Source: an uncultured cyanobacterium (GTDB lineage Bacteria > Cyanobacteriota > Cyanobacteriia > Cyanobacteriales > CAWUOF01). From it: a stretch of DNA of 64,000 nt. Below the pieces are notes generated by a model. The model saw only the letters and a program-made list of their open reading frames with translations. It was not told where the DNA came from and did not search any database. This document shows positions 40,897 through 50,777 of the stretch, piece after piece (position 1 is the first letter of the stretch; each line of letters opens with the position of its first letter). The DNA lies in contig CAVUSO010000001.1 of assembly GCA_963744145.1 (NCBI GenBank), positions 960,001 through 1,024,000 of the forward strand. The letters are read 5' to 3'. Made by a program: the position numbers and the translations under genes.

Positions 40897-43086
40897 CCCA
40901 TATTCCGCACTTCAAAATGTAGTATAAAAGTTACATAAAGGCCAAGAGCATTAATGAGTATAATTACTTAAATAACCACAGGGCAAAAAAATGAGATGAT
41001 CAGAAAGTCAGCCAAAATCTAAAAACTTCAAAAAAATGATTACTTCATCAGAAATACAAATCAAAAATCTAGACCACTTAGGAATAGTGGCAGGGATAAT
41101 TGATGAAATAGGAATAGTCGAAATAATCAATGATAAATTAGGAATGGATAGCCGCTCAAATATCGATAATGGTCAAGTAGTAAAAGCGATGCTCTTGAAT
41201 GGACTAGGGATGGTATCAAAACCCTTATATTTATTTAGTCAATTCTTTGCAGATAAAGCGATAGAAAAATTGCTAGGACCAAATATTAAAAGTGAATATT
41301 TAAACGACGATAAACTTGGTAGAGTGATGGATAAACTCTATAAATACGGATTAACTAGGCTATTTGTAGAAATCGTATTAGTAACTATAAACAAGTTTAA
41401 AATTGAATCAAAGTATGCCCATTTAGATGCGACATCATTTCATTTACATGGGGAATATAATTATGAAAAAGTCAACCAAGAAAATGAAGATATCATCAAA
41501 GAAAGACCGATATTTATAACTAAAGGATATTCTCGTGATCATCGTTCAGACTTGAAGCAATGTATATTAGACTTGGTGGTAAGTAGCGATGGGGATATCC
41601 CATTATTTATCCGAATCGCCGATGGCAATGAAGCAGATAAGGCTGTCTTTGGCCAGGTTTTTAGCTCATTTAAAAATCAACTAAATTTAGACAGTATTTT
41701 GGTAGCTGATAGTGCTTTATATAGTGAGGAAAATCTAAAAATAATGAAGGATTTTAACTGGATAACTAGAGTCCCAAGCACTATTTCCCAAGCCAAAAAT
41801 TTAATCCAAGTTAAAGAGATAGAACCGGAAAAATATGAGAATTTAGAAAAATTACCTCAACCCGAAAAAGACTTGATTAAAGGTTTACAAGCCAAAGGAT
41901 ATAAGTGGCAAGAAAAAACAGTAAATTACGGAGATATAGAGCAAAGATGGTTAATAGTAGAAAGTGAAAAAAGAAAAAAAAGTGATCGAGAAAAGTTCGA
42001 GAAACAACTCCAGCAATCACAACAGAAAGCCGAAAAAATTCTCAAAAAACTCCAAAATGAAAAATTTGAAAGTATCGCTCAAGCTCGAACTAAACTAACG
42101 GAAATAAATCAATCACTAAAATTTTTTGAGCTCCAGGAAATCAATGTGATTATAACTGGATATAAATCATTAAAAAGCTGGCAGATAGCTGGAAAAGTCG
42201 TGCCAAAACTATCAGAAATAGACCCGAAAAAATCAGAAGCAGGTCGATTTATTTTAGCGACAAATGTTCTGGAACCAGAAAAAATTAAATCTCCAGAAAT
42301 TCTCAGAAGTTATAAAAATCAACAGGGATGTGAGCGGGGATTTGGTTTTCTCAAAGACCCCTTATTTTTTGCCGATAGTTTTTTTGTCAAAAAACCACAA
42401 AGAGTTGAGACAATTTTATTTTTAATGTCTATGTGTTTATTAGTTTATAATCTTGGTCAAAGAGAACTAAGAAAGAATTTACTTAGAACTCAGACTGGAG
42501 TAAAAAATCAAGTCGGTAAATTAACAAGCCGACCGACATTAAGATGGATATTTCAATGTTTTCAAGGAATTCATTTTGTGATTCTAAATGGAGTTGAAAG
42601 AATTATTAACTTGACCGAAGAACGTAATTTTATGTTAGAATTTTTACCCACTTCTTGTCAAAGATATTATCAATAATTCCCTAGTTTTCTGGGCAAAATC
42701 GCTGAGATAATGAAGCACTTCATTATGGGGAGAAATAAATTTTCTTCCTTGACTTTTTGATGGCTATATTCACTAATTTTCATCAAAAAAATACCTTGAT
42801 TGACTTTTTTACTTGCTCTTTCAGATTTTTTTAATAATTCTTCTTTTTATCTTTGTATTCTTGTGTTTTACATAATGAAGGATCAATCTGACCAGCTAGC
42901 AATGCCAAAAGCAACACTTGGTAAGGCAATATCTGTCACTTTAATCAGCATAAGTACTTATTATTTCTAGGATGATTTCCGACCAATTAGTGCTGTGGTG
43001 AGCGGAAAATTTCGGTCATTCATGAGTATAAATGCTCAGATAAATATGTTACAAAGTATATTACAAATTGACGTGCGGAATGTGGG
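40897..43086 (+). mobile_element. IS1634-family insertion sequence, intact
   Basis: Inverted repeats CCCATATTCCGCACTTCAA (40897-40915) and TTGACGTGCGGAATGTGGG (43068-43086), 17/19 match; 6-bp target duplication TTAGAA at 40891-40896 and 43087-43092. Confidence 0.95.
41036..42676 (+). CDS. IS1634-family DDE transposase
   Basis: NLDHLGIVAGIIDEIG, LNDDKLGR, HLDATSF, GYSRDHR.DLKQ, VADSALY, ERGFGFLKDP. Confidence 0.95.
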   Translation: MITSSEIQIKNLDHLGIVAGIIDEIGIVEIINDKLGMDSRSNIDNGQVVKAMLLNGLGMVSKPLYLFSQFFADKAIEKLLGPNIKSEYLNDDKLGRVMDKLYKYGLTRLFVEIVLVTINKFKIESKYAHLDATSFHLHGEYNYEKVNQENEDIIKERPIFITKGYSRDHRSDLKQCILDLVVSSDGDIPLFIRIADGNEADKAVFGQVFSSFKNQLNLDSILVADSALYSEENLKIMKDFNWITRVPSTISQAKNLIQVKEIEPEKYENLEKLPQPEKDLIKGLQAKGYKWQEKTVNYGDIEQRWLIVESEKRKKSDREKFEKQLQQSQQKAEKILKKLQNEKFESIAQARTKLTEINQSLKFFELQEINVIITGYKSLKSWQIAGKVVPKLSEIDPKKSEAGRFILATNVLEPEKIKSPEILRSYKNQQGCERGFGFLKDPLFFADSFFVKKPQRVETILFLMSMCLLVYNLGQRELRKNLLRTQTGVKNQVGKLTSRPTLRWIFQCFQGIHFVILNGVERIINLTEERNFMLEFLPTSCQRYYQ

Positions 43087-43359
43087 TTAGAAGTGATGAA
43101 TGGTGAATATGAAGATTTTGAATTGGCAGACTTAGTTAATAAAAATCAGATCATAATCGATGCTTATAAACTGCTAAATTTAACCTACTCTTACTCAGTT
43201 AAAGAATTATTCTCAGTCGTTGATGAGAGTTTAGCCGCATTGCCCGGAGGTGAAGAGTGGGCTATGGGCAGAAGGAAGAAAAAATAGGTCGTTCAGATTT
43301 GGGTTAGGGATGAAGAAAGACGATCAAAATTAATACCGTGGAAAACTAGTAGAATTGTT

Positions 43360-43494
43360 GGTGTTGCTGATTTACGGTATGAATAAATTTGTAGGGGCAT
43401 AAGGCCCTATGCCCGACCGTATTGCCGCATCCATATAGAGGGCGTATTGTCATACGTCCCTACAGGATTTTCATGTCCCTGATTAAGCAACGCC
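43360..43494. repeat. MITE-like element containing REP-like hairpins
   Basis: Ends GGTGTTGCTGATT...ATGAA and TTCAT...ATTAAGCAACGCC; internal GTAGGGGC... and ...CCCTAC motifs. Confidence 0.65.
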
Positions 43495-43504
43495 AAAAAA
43501 TTAA

Positions 43505-43906
43505 CTATTCAACTGGTACAGGTTCCCAAATTTCGCCATATTTTTCCCGGAGTGAATACCAAGCTTCTACCTGTCCATCTGCATATTCACCTGGTTTATT
43601 CCATTGTAAAAATAAACTTAAAGCCGTTTCTTCTTTTTCATCTAAAAACCGAATTGCATATGTAGTAAAATTGCCTCTTTTCGAGTCACCAAGCTCAAAT
43701 TTAACTTTAATAATCCTATCCATATTTAAGTGAAACTCAAACGCTTCATTGTGCATATTTGCATACTTACCTTTCGGTAATTCTGCATAAAAAAGTTTTT
43801 CAATTGTTCCTTGAGCTTCTAAAACTGCGGCACTACTAGTCACAATTAAACGCAATCTTCCTAAAGTATGACATATTTCTAAAAATTCTTTCAGTGTAGT
43901 AGACAT
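43505..43906 (-). CDS. ChuX/HutX-like heme-binding carrier protein
   Basis: LGRLRLIVTSSAAVLE...YANMH...FEFHLN...YAIRF, recognised as the cyanobacterial ChuX/HutX-like family. Confidence 0.7.
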   Translation of the reverse strand: MSTTLKEFLEICHTLGRLRLIVTSSAAVLEAQGTIEKLFYAELPKGKYANMHNEAFEFHLNMDRIIKVKFELGDSKRGNFTTYAIRFLDEKEETALSLFLQWNKPGEYADGQVEAWYSLREKYGEIWEPVPVE

Positions 43907-43911
43907 AATGA

Positions 43912-44866
43912 TTATTTTTCCGATTCTTCGTAAGCTGCAACAATTCTTTGGACTAAAGGATGACGGACTACATCAGCTTGGGAAAGACGACAAAAGGCAA
44001 TCCCTTCTACCTGTGCTAAAATTTTCTGAGCTACTACTAAACCTGATGGTTGATTAGTGGGTAAATCAGTCTGAGTAATATCCCCTGTAATTACCATCCG
44101 CGATCGCATCCCCAAACGAGTTAAAATCATTTTCATTTGCGCGGGAGTGGTATTTTGAGCTTCATCTAATATGACAAAAGCATGATTAAGAGTGCGACCT
44201 CGCATATAAGCAAGAGGAGCGACTTCAATAATCCCCCGTTCCATCAGATTAGCCATTTTTTCCGGTTCAATTATCTCATATAAAGCATCATAAAGAGGAC
44301 GAAGATAGGGATTAACTTTTTGTTGTAAATCTCCTGGTAAAAAACCGAGTTTTTCCCCTGCTTCAACTGCGGGACGAGTCAAAATTAGCCTTTCATATTG
44401 ATTATCTAACAGAGCTTGAATCGCAATAATCGCAGCTAAGAAAGTCTTACCTGTCCCAGCTGGACCAATCCCAAAAATCATGTCATAGGTGCGAATTGCT
44501 TCAATATACTGACGTTGACGAAAAGTTTTCGCCCGAATTTCTTGTCCACGTCGGGTTTTCGCTAAAACATCTCGCTGTAAATCCTTTAATTCTTCTTGAC
44601 GATTGGTATCGATCGCATGACGAGCGGTCAGAATATCTACTCCAGTAATCACTTTTCCATGCTTCCAGAAATCTGATAGCGATCGCACCAACATCGAACA
44701 TAATTCGATTTGATTAGCAGTTCCAGAAATCACCAGTTCTGTTCCACGTAGAACCAATTGAGTCTCCAGTTTGCTTCGCTAGAGTTTTCAGATTTTCTTC
44801 CAAATCACCAGAAATCGCGATCGCACTTTCCCTACTGGGTAGATGAATTATTGCGGGTTCACTCAT
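43912..44866 (-). pseudogene. phoH: PhoH-family ATPase with an apparent +1 frameshift near 44763 (may be a sequencing error)
   Basis: GPAGTGKT, RPAVEAGEKLGFLPGD, LAYMRGRTL, LDEAQN. The true N-terminus MSEPAIIHLPSRESAIAISG...LAKQTG starts at 44866 in another frame. Confidence 0.9.
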
Positions 44867-44988
44867 GCAAAAATCATTCCCTTTATTGGCACCAAAAACT
44901 TCTTCTCCTAGTAGCTACTAACAAGTCAAAATAGCAACTTGCATCCCCACCCTAACATGGATGGGGAATCCACCAAGTTAGATCATTC

Positions 44989-45408
44989 TTACTGAGAGCG
45001 GAGCCGGGGGGAATTGCTAGGACGTGGTGGTGATGGTAAAGTACGGGATTTTGGTGCTGGTGCTTGAGGTGGTGGCAAACTTTCTCGACTGCTCGGTTGG
45101 CCACCATAGATATCCAAGCTCACCAATTGCCCAACAGTTTGAGCTGTAGCTTCTAAGACCGACCGGATCGCTTGAATATTGCGTCCACCCCGACCAAATA
45201 CTCGCCCTTTGTCTGCTCCTTCAAAAGCCAGTCGAATCCAAACTAGCCGATTAGTAGGTAATACTTCGCAATCCACTTTCAAAGAAGCAGGCTCTTCGAG
45301 AAATGGTTCCATCAGAAAACGTACTAGCCCATAATAATCTGGGCTAAGAGATGAGACTCGATTGACTGGACTACTGGTAGAATCAGGTACCGACTTGCTG
45401 GAATACAT
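44989..45408 (-). CDS. khpA: KH-domain RNA-binding protein
   Basis: [17 protein letters not shown]; conserved position after rpsP. Confidence 0.88.
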   Translation of the reverse strand: MYSSKSVPDSTSSPVNRVSSLSPDYYGLVRFLMEPFLEEPASLKVDCEVLPTNRLVWIRLAFEGADKGRVFGRGGRNIQAIRSVLEATAQTVGQLVSLDIYGGQPSSRESLPPPQAPAPKSRTLPSPPRPSNSPRLRSQ

Positions 45409-45631
45409 TGTTCTTTTCTAGAATACGCCGCACCGTATCAGTTGGTTGAGCTCCTTGTTTAAGGCGGGTAACTATGCCTGGGATATCAAGAGTAACTTCA
45501 TCAGTTCTAGGATTATAGAAACCGAGTTCTGCCAGGGGACGACCATCACGACGAGTACTACTATTCATGACCACAATGCGGTAACTGGCTTCCCGCTTTT
45601 TGCCGTATCGTTTCAAACGCAATTTGATCAT
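45383..45631 (-). CDS. rpsP: 30S ribosomal protein S16
   Basis: [10 protein letters not shown]...YRIVV...RRDGR...LGFYNP...GAQPTDTV. Confidence 0.98.
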   Translation of the reverse strand: MIKLRLKRYGKKREASYRIVVMNSSTRRDGRPLAELGFYNPRTDEVTLDIPGIVTRLKQGAQPTDTVRRILEKNNVFQQVGT

Positions 45632-45777
45632 GAGTGATAATTTGGCTGTTGGAGTAAATTTTGAGCGATTAACAATTAAATGTTTAAGACAGAGTCAACT
45701 ATTATAGCACTTAATAGAAGAGATCAGGCATCTCACTAAAAATGCTTTTACCCAGAGTTGTTTCATTCTACCAGAAC

Positions 45778-45867
45778 ACCTCTCCCCCAACCCCTCTCCT
45801 AAGAGGAAAGGGGAGCAGAATAAATTCTCCCCCTGCCCTGCTAGGGAAGGGGGTTGGGGGGTTAGGT
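45778..45867. repeat. C/G-rich small dispersed inverted repeat
   Basis: ACCTCTCCCCCAACCCC pairs imperfectly with GGGGTTGGGGGGTTAGGT, with internal hairpins; lies between ffh and rpsP. Confidence 0.7.
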
Positions 45868-45874
45868 CAGTATT

Positions 45875-47338
45875 TTAGAAACTGCCAAAGCCTTTCTTCT
45901 TTTTTTCCTTTTTCTTTTTCTTCTGCTGGACATTACCACCAGTATAACCGCGCCAACCTGGTTGATTGGGAGTTTTCGTTGGTGCGCCAAAAGGTCCGGG
46001 CATTCCGGGCATTCCGGGCATTCCGGGCATTCCGGGGATACTAGCACCTTGCCCCATTTGCTGCATCATATTACGCATTTTTTGGAAATCGCTCACCAAT
46101 TTCGATACATCTGACTCCCGATAACCAGAACCACGGGCAATGCGACGACGACGACTAGGAAAACTAGCCAATAATTCTGGGTTTTGCCGTTCATCGGGGG
46201 TCATCGAATTAATCATTGCTTCAGTCCGTTTTAGCTGGACCTCTCCCTGTTGCAGTTGTTCATCAGTAATTTTCATTCCTGGAATCAACTTCAACAAACC
46301 ACCGAGAGAACCCATGTTCTTCAGCATCCGCATTTGCTTGATGAAGTCAGTAAAATCAAACTTAGCTGAGAGAATTTTTTGCTGCATTTTCTCAGCATCA
46401 GCAAGATCAAATTCCTCCTGGGCTTTTTCGACCAGAGTCAGAACATCACCCATCCCCAGAATCCGAGAAGCTAATCGATCTGGATAAAAAGGTTGGAGAG
46501 CTTCAACTTTTTCTCCTGTCCCCACAAACTTAATCGGTGCCCCGGAGATTTGGCGGACTGAAAGAGCTGCACCACCACGACTATCTCCATCCATTTTGGT
46601 GAGGATCGCACCAGTAATCCCAATTTGGGTATGGAAAGTTCGGGTCAGATTGGCCGCTTCTTGGCCAGTCATCGCATCTACTACTAGCAGAGTTTCATGA
46701 GGTTCAACCGTGGCTTTAATCTGAGCCAACTCTGCCATCATATCTTGGTCAATTTGCAGACGACCGGCAGTGTCAATAATAACAGTATCGACACCAGTTG
46801 CCCGCGCCTGAGCGACTCCTTGACGAGCAATTTCTACTGGATCGACATCAGTACCAAGTTCAAAGACTGGTACTTGAATTTGTTGACCCAGAGTTACCAG
46901 TTGAGCGATCGCTGCTGGTCGGTAGATATCAGTTGCAACTAGAAGTGCAGAGAGATTTTGCTTGCGTAAATGTAGAGCCAGTTTAGCTGCTGCGGTAGTT
47001 TTACCAGTACCTTGCAAACCAGCCATGATTATAATCGTCGGGGGAGAATCTGCTGTTACCAGAGGAACATTAGTTTCTCCCATCACCACAACTAGTTCAT
47101 CGTAAACAATCTTAATAAATTGTTGAGCTGGTTTAACACCTGCAATTACCTCTGCACCTAGAGCCTTAGTTTCCACTTGGGCAATAAAGTTTTTGACCAC
47201 CTGGAGATTAACATCGGCTTCGAGCAGCGCCCGACGCACTTCACGCAAGGCTTCTTGGATATTGGATTCACGAATTTTATCCTGGCCCCGCAATTTAGTC
47301 CAGGCAGACTCTAAGCGTTCAGCAAGGGCGTCAAACAT
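45875..47338 (-). CDS. ffh: Signal recognition particle protein
   Basis: GLQGTGKTT, DTAGR, TKMDGDSRGGAALS and a Met-rich M domain. Confidence 0.97.
   Translation of the reverse strand: MFDALAERLESAWTKLRGQDKIRESNIQEALREVRRALLEADVNLQVVKNFIAQVETKALGAEVIAGVKPAQQFIKIVYDELVVVMGETNVPLVTADSPPTIIIMAGLQGTGKTTAAAKLALHLRKQNLSALLVATDIYRPAAIAQLVTLGQQIQVPVFELGTDVDPVEIARQGVAQARATGVDTVIIDTAGRLQIDQDMMAELAQIKATVEPHETLLVVDAMTGQEAANLTRTFHTQIGITGAILTKMDGDSRGGAALSVRQISGAPIKFVGTGEKVEALQPFYPDRLASRILGMGDVLTLVEKAQEEFDLADAEKMQQKILSAKFDFTDFIKQMRMLKNMGSLGGLLKLIPGMKITDEQLQQGEVQLKRTEAMINSMTPDERQNPELLASFPSRRRRIARGSGYRESDVSKLVSDFQKMRNMMQQMGQGASIPGMPGMPGMPGMPGPFGAPTKTPNQPGWRGYTGGNVQQKKKKKEKKKKGFGSF
45995..46039. repeat. 9-bp coding tandem repeat (TCCGGGCAT x4 plus one variant) in ffh
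   Basis: Encodes IPG-MPG-MPG-MPG-MPG in the C-terminal tail. Confidence 0.9.
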
Positions 47339-47511
47339 AGAATTAAGTTAATTTGTATCTAGGGGTGCAAAACAACAAGCGATCGAACCAGTTAGGGCGT
47401 TGCCTTTTGGTTGAGAAAGCATAACTGCTTCTTTACTAGCTTAGTAGATGGCCGTCATAACTGGTCGGTGAAATGGCTTGATGATTTTCAAAAAAATTAA
47501 AATCTTTCAGT

Positions 47512-49791
47512 TTGGTGCATCCTTATATGCAAAATGCCAAGTCCATATCTCCTCGAGAGAAAAAACTGAGTACCAGTGACAAAATCTCTGTTGAAGTCCC
47601 TCCATCAAGCTGTGACCAGGACATTAAACCCGATTTAGACTGGCTCAAAATTTTTCTCAGGTCTAGTCAACTCCTCATTGCTTTAGTCGATCCGGAAACT
47701 TTTACTGTCCAATATGCGAATGACTACTTTTGCCGTTTGACCGGAATAGTCATAGAAAACCATGGGTTCAAGGAACCGCTACTGAATGAACAGGGTAATG
47801 ATGGTGATTTTAGTCCTTTGAACATTCCGTTACTGGATCTATTTCCAGATTTAAAAGAAAAAGCAGCTAGTAATTTATACCGACACTATGTCTTGCATTT
47901 AGTATTGCGGGAATTTTATCAAATTGATTTACCTGGTCTACGTTTATTAGATGAGCCAGTGATCGTTTCCGTAAACAGTCCGATAGATCAACAACCACGT
48001 TTAATTGAATTTTGGGTCAGAGCTGACCGGATTCAAATCACTCGGATTGATCCCCAGCTTGATGAGTTTGACGATTGGCAATTGCTACCTATGCCATTAG
48101 AAACTTTAGCAGTTAAACTAATGGACCCAGACCAAATGCAAGCTTTAGTCCAAAAACTGTGCCTGGAAAATTATCATTTAGAAGGACAAGTGCTGTTAGA
48201 AGGGATAGATGTGACAGAACGAGAGACAATTCGGCATATTACCCGATTGTTGATCGATCGCAACTCGATTTTGCGACCAGAAAAATTTCGCCAAATTAAC
48301 CAACGCTTGCGATCGCTATTTCGGGCTACTAATAGTCTAATTCTTAGTGTCGAAGGTGAACAAGCTCGGTTATTTATCGGCAGCGATCGCAAAGAATTAA
48401 GAGCGACAGTGTACTCTATGGCATCATTACAAGGTTCTCATTTTTTGCGAGCAGCAGAAGCCAATCGGGTCTGGAACTTACCAGATTTAAGCTTAGATTC
48501 TCATACCGAATGCGAGCGATCGCTGCTTAAACAAGGATTTCGGTCTTTACTACTGATTCCCCTACTGGTGAAAGGCATAAAATCACCAAAAGTCCAACAA
48601 TTAGCGGGAGTAGTAGCATTAGGGAGCGATCGCCCCTTTAACTTCGATGGAGTAGATGCTAAATATGCAGAAGAATTAATTCCAGCATTTGCTGCTGCTC
48701 TACGTCAAGCAATTCAACAACGTTTTACCAGCATCCATCCCGCAGTGGAATGGCGATTTTTACAGGAAGCGGAAAGACGGAGCTGGGGATTACCACCAGA
48801 ACCGATCGCCTTTAACGCAGTTTATCCTCTGTATGGAATCTCTGATATTCGTGGTTCATCAGAGGAACGTAATCGCTCAATTCAAGCTGACTTACTCGAA
48901 CAATTTCGTTTAGCTTTAGCAGTAATCAATGCAGTTTGTGATTTCCAAAAAACTTCTTTGGGGGAACAATTGCGTTTGGACTTACTCGATTATATCGAAA
49001 GTCTCAAAGGTCAAATTACTGTCGATGCAGAAGTCACAGCTCTTAAATATCTCAGTGAAAAAGTAGAAATCTACTTTGACTACTTTGCTCAATGTGGACC
49101 AGAAGCTCTGACCGGGGTAGAAGCTTATCGGACTAGCTGTGAGAATGATCATGAGTCAGTCTATATAGCTCGCGCCCATTATGATCAGATGATTAATCAA
49201 ATTAATACTAAGCTAAAAGAAACTTGGGAACAATGGCAATTACGGATGCAGCAAATTATTCCCCACTATGCTGATTTAGAGTCCACGGATGGGATTAATC
49301 ACATGATTTACGTGGGGGAATCGATCGACCCAAAATTTACAGCTTTTCATCTGCGAAGTCTACGTTATGAACAATTAAAAGCGGTGTGTGACTGTGCCCG
49401 TACTGCTCTGAGTCTTCAAACTGAGTACCATACTAAAATGGAAGTCACCCACTTAATCTTAGTCCAAGACCTAACTGTCGATATTTTTCACGATAACAAT
49501 ACAGAAAGACTCTTTGAGGTGCGAGGTACTCGCGACATCCGCTACGAAATCGTGAAAAAGCGGATTGATAAAGCTGTTGATGAGCAAACCCAAACTCGGA
49601 TTACCCAACCAGGAATGCTCACCTTAGTTTACTCAACCGAAGAAGAGTGGGGTGAATACCAGGAATATCTACGCTATTTAAGTCGTGAAGGCTGGGTAGA
49701 CAATCAGATTGAATCTGGTACAGTTGAACCATTGCAAGGAATTACTGGTCTGAAATTTGCCCGTGTCAAGGTTTTACCAGTTTCTAGTTAG
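47512..49791 (+). CDS. PAS-like/GAF domain protein with an uncharacterised C-terminal domain
   Basis: VQYANDYFCRLTG (PAS-like); GFRSLLLIPL...GVVALGS...F (GAF); C-terminal IHPAVEWRF, YPLYGISDIRGSS, YEIVKKRIDKA. Confidence 0.75.
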   Translation: MVHPYMQNAKSISPREKKLSTSDKISVEVPPSSCDQDIKPDLDWLKIFLRSSQLLIALVDPETFTVQYANDYFCRLTGIVIENHGFKEPLLNEQGNDGDFSPLNIPLLDLFPDLKEKAASNLYRHYVLHLVLREFYQIDLPGLRLLDEPVIVSVNSPIDQQPRLIEFWVRADRIQITRIDPQLDEFDDWQLLPMPLETLAVKLMDPDQMQALVQKLCLENYHLEGQVLLEGIDVTERETIRHITRLLIDRNSILRPEKFRQINQRLRSLFRATNSLILSVEGEQARLFIGSDRKELRATVYSMASLQGSHFLRAAEANRVWNLPDLSLDSHTECERSLLKQGFRSLLLIPLLVKGIKSPKVQQLAGVVALGSDRPFNFDGVDAKYAEELIPAFAAALRQAIQQRFTSIHPAVEWRFLQEAERRSWGLPPEPIAFNAVYPLYGISDIRGSSEERNRSIQADLLEQFRLALAVINAVCDFQKTSLGEQLRLDLLDYIESLKGQITVDAEVTALKYLSEKVEIYFDYFAQCGPEALTGVEAYRTSCENDHESVYIARAHYDQMINQINTKLKETWEQWQLRMQQIIPHYADLESTDGINHMIYVGESIDPKFTAFHLRSLRYEQLKAVCDCARTALSLQTEYHTKMEVTHLILVQDLTVDIFHDNNTERLFEVRGTRDIRYEIVKKRIDKAVDEQTQTRITQPGMLTLVYSTEEEWGEYQEYLRYLSREGWVDNQIESGTVEPLQGITGLKFARVKVLPVSS

Positions 49792-49825
49792 GTCGAAATC
49801 TGTCATCGATGGATACAATTATATT

Positions 49826-49853
49826 GTAGGGGCGTATAGCAATACGCCCCTAC
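49826..49853. repeat. REP-like perfect hairpin between convergent genes
   Basis: GTAGGGGCGTAT-AGCA-ATACGCCCCTAC. Confidence 0.8.
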
Positions 49854-49876
49854 CAGAATGACCCAACGAAAAAACT

Positions 49877-50266
49877 CTAACGAGCTACAAATGTGGTCAT
49901 GACTGACTCTTGACGACAACCTTTTAGTCCTAAATTTGGCTGTTGACGGTATTCTTGCTGGGGAATCCAAACACTGACTGTAGAATCTAAGCCAATAGAG
50001 TATAAGTATTCTACGTTTGGATCATAAGTGACCCCTACTCTTAGATTGGAGTAATCATCTTCGCAAATTTCAAACCCGAACCGAACCACAATCTGGGCAA
50101 CTAAGCATCCAGGTGTGTTATCGTGTTCCCCACAAGTTTCTCTTTCTTGCCAAAATTTTTCGAGAAAACGGTTTAAAATCGGCAGAACCTTGGAGGGTGT
50201 TCCATTTCTGCTAGCGTAGATGATGGCTGGATTCTCAGCAACGATAATGTGACAAGGTGTCGGCAT
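49877..50266 (-). CDS. Hypothetical protein
   Basis: 129-aa ORF filling the intergenic gap; no recognised motif. Confidence 0.65.
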   Translation of the reverse strand: MPTPCHIIVAENPAIIYASRNGTPSKVLPILNRFLEKFWQERETCGEHDNTPGCLVAQIVVRFGFEICEDDYSNLRVGVTYDPNVEYLYSIGLDSTVSVWIPQQEYRQQPNLGLKGCRQESVMTTFVAR

Positions 50267-50345
50267 AGATTTTAACTTCTTTAAAATTATGTCAAGCTGT
50301 TCTATTCATGCTAACCATTAAAGAGCGTGATCAGGAGTGTAAGGA

Positions 50346-50765
50346 GTGAACGCAGCTGAACAGGTCATCAACTTTGAAGTCGCGAACAAGATTGCTAGTA
50401 TTGTTAATTTATTTAAGTCAGAGTTTCCTGACATTCGCGCTGATTTAAACCCTTGGAGCAATGACCCGGATACGCGGGAGTTAGTTGATCCCGATTCCAT
50501 TGATATTGGGTTTCATTTTCCTGGTCGCAGTCGCTCATTCCAAAGTCGTAGTCTGTTAGTTCAGATTCGCTTTTACGAAGATCCGATCGATGGTCAGCGA
50601 CGGGCGATCGGTGTGGAAGTTTTAGGATATGATCATCAAGGTCAACAGTGGCGTTTCTCGACAGTGGAAAATTGGCGCTTTGGTGGAGTGACTGAGCCAA
50701 ACCAAATTGTAGCAGAACAACTTAAGCAGCTCTGCCGACATATATTTGAGTTATTTAATGGTTAA
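50346..50765 (+). CDS. Hypothetical protein
   Basis: 139-aa ORF with a GTG start preceded by AAGGA; contains a HIP1 site; no functional motif recognised. Confidence 0.72.
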   Translation: MNAAEQVINFEVANKIASIVNLFKSEFPDIRADLNPWSNDPDTRELVDPDSIDIGFHFPGRSRSFQSRSLLVQIRFYEDPIDGQRRAIGVEVLGYDHQGQQWRFSTVENWRFGGVTEPNQIVAEQLKQLCRHIFELFNG

Positions 50766-50777
50766 TCTAGTTCTTAA

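Larger units (their letters stand above)
40564..43287 (+). pseudogene. DUF29-like gene interrupted by IS1634 (5' part 40564-40896, 3' part 43093-43287)
   Basis: Removing the IS and one target-site copy gives ...QASLE/VMNGEY..., colinear with EASAEVMAGEY in the paralog at 34493. Confidence 0.9.

Noticed and set aside
34392-43359. Near-identical repeat pairs as a DGR template/variable pair or as prophage att sites
   Set aside because: No reverse transcriptase, integrase or phage genes in the window, and mismatches are few and not adenine-specific.
43422-43733. 103-aa plus-strand ORF
   Set aside because: Begins within a repeat element and is antisense to the hutX-like gene.
45742-46047. ORFs containing RAFRAFRAF and PECPECPEC repeats
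   Set aside because: Alternative-frame readings of the ffh 9-bp repeat and the adjacent dispersed repeat.
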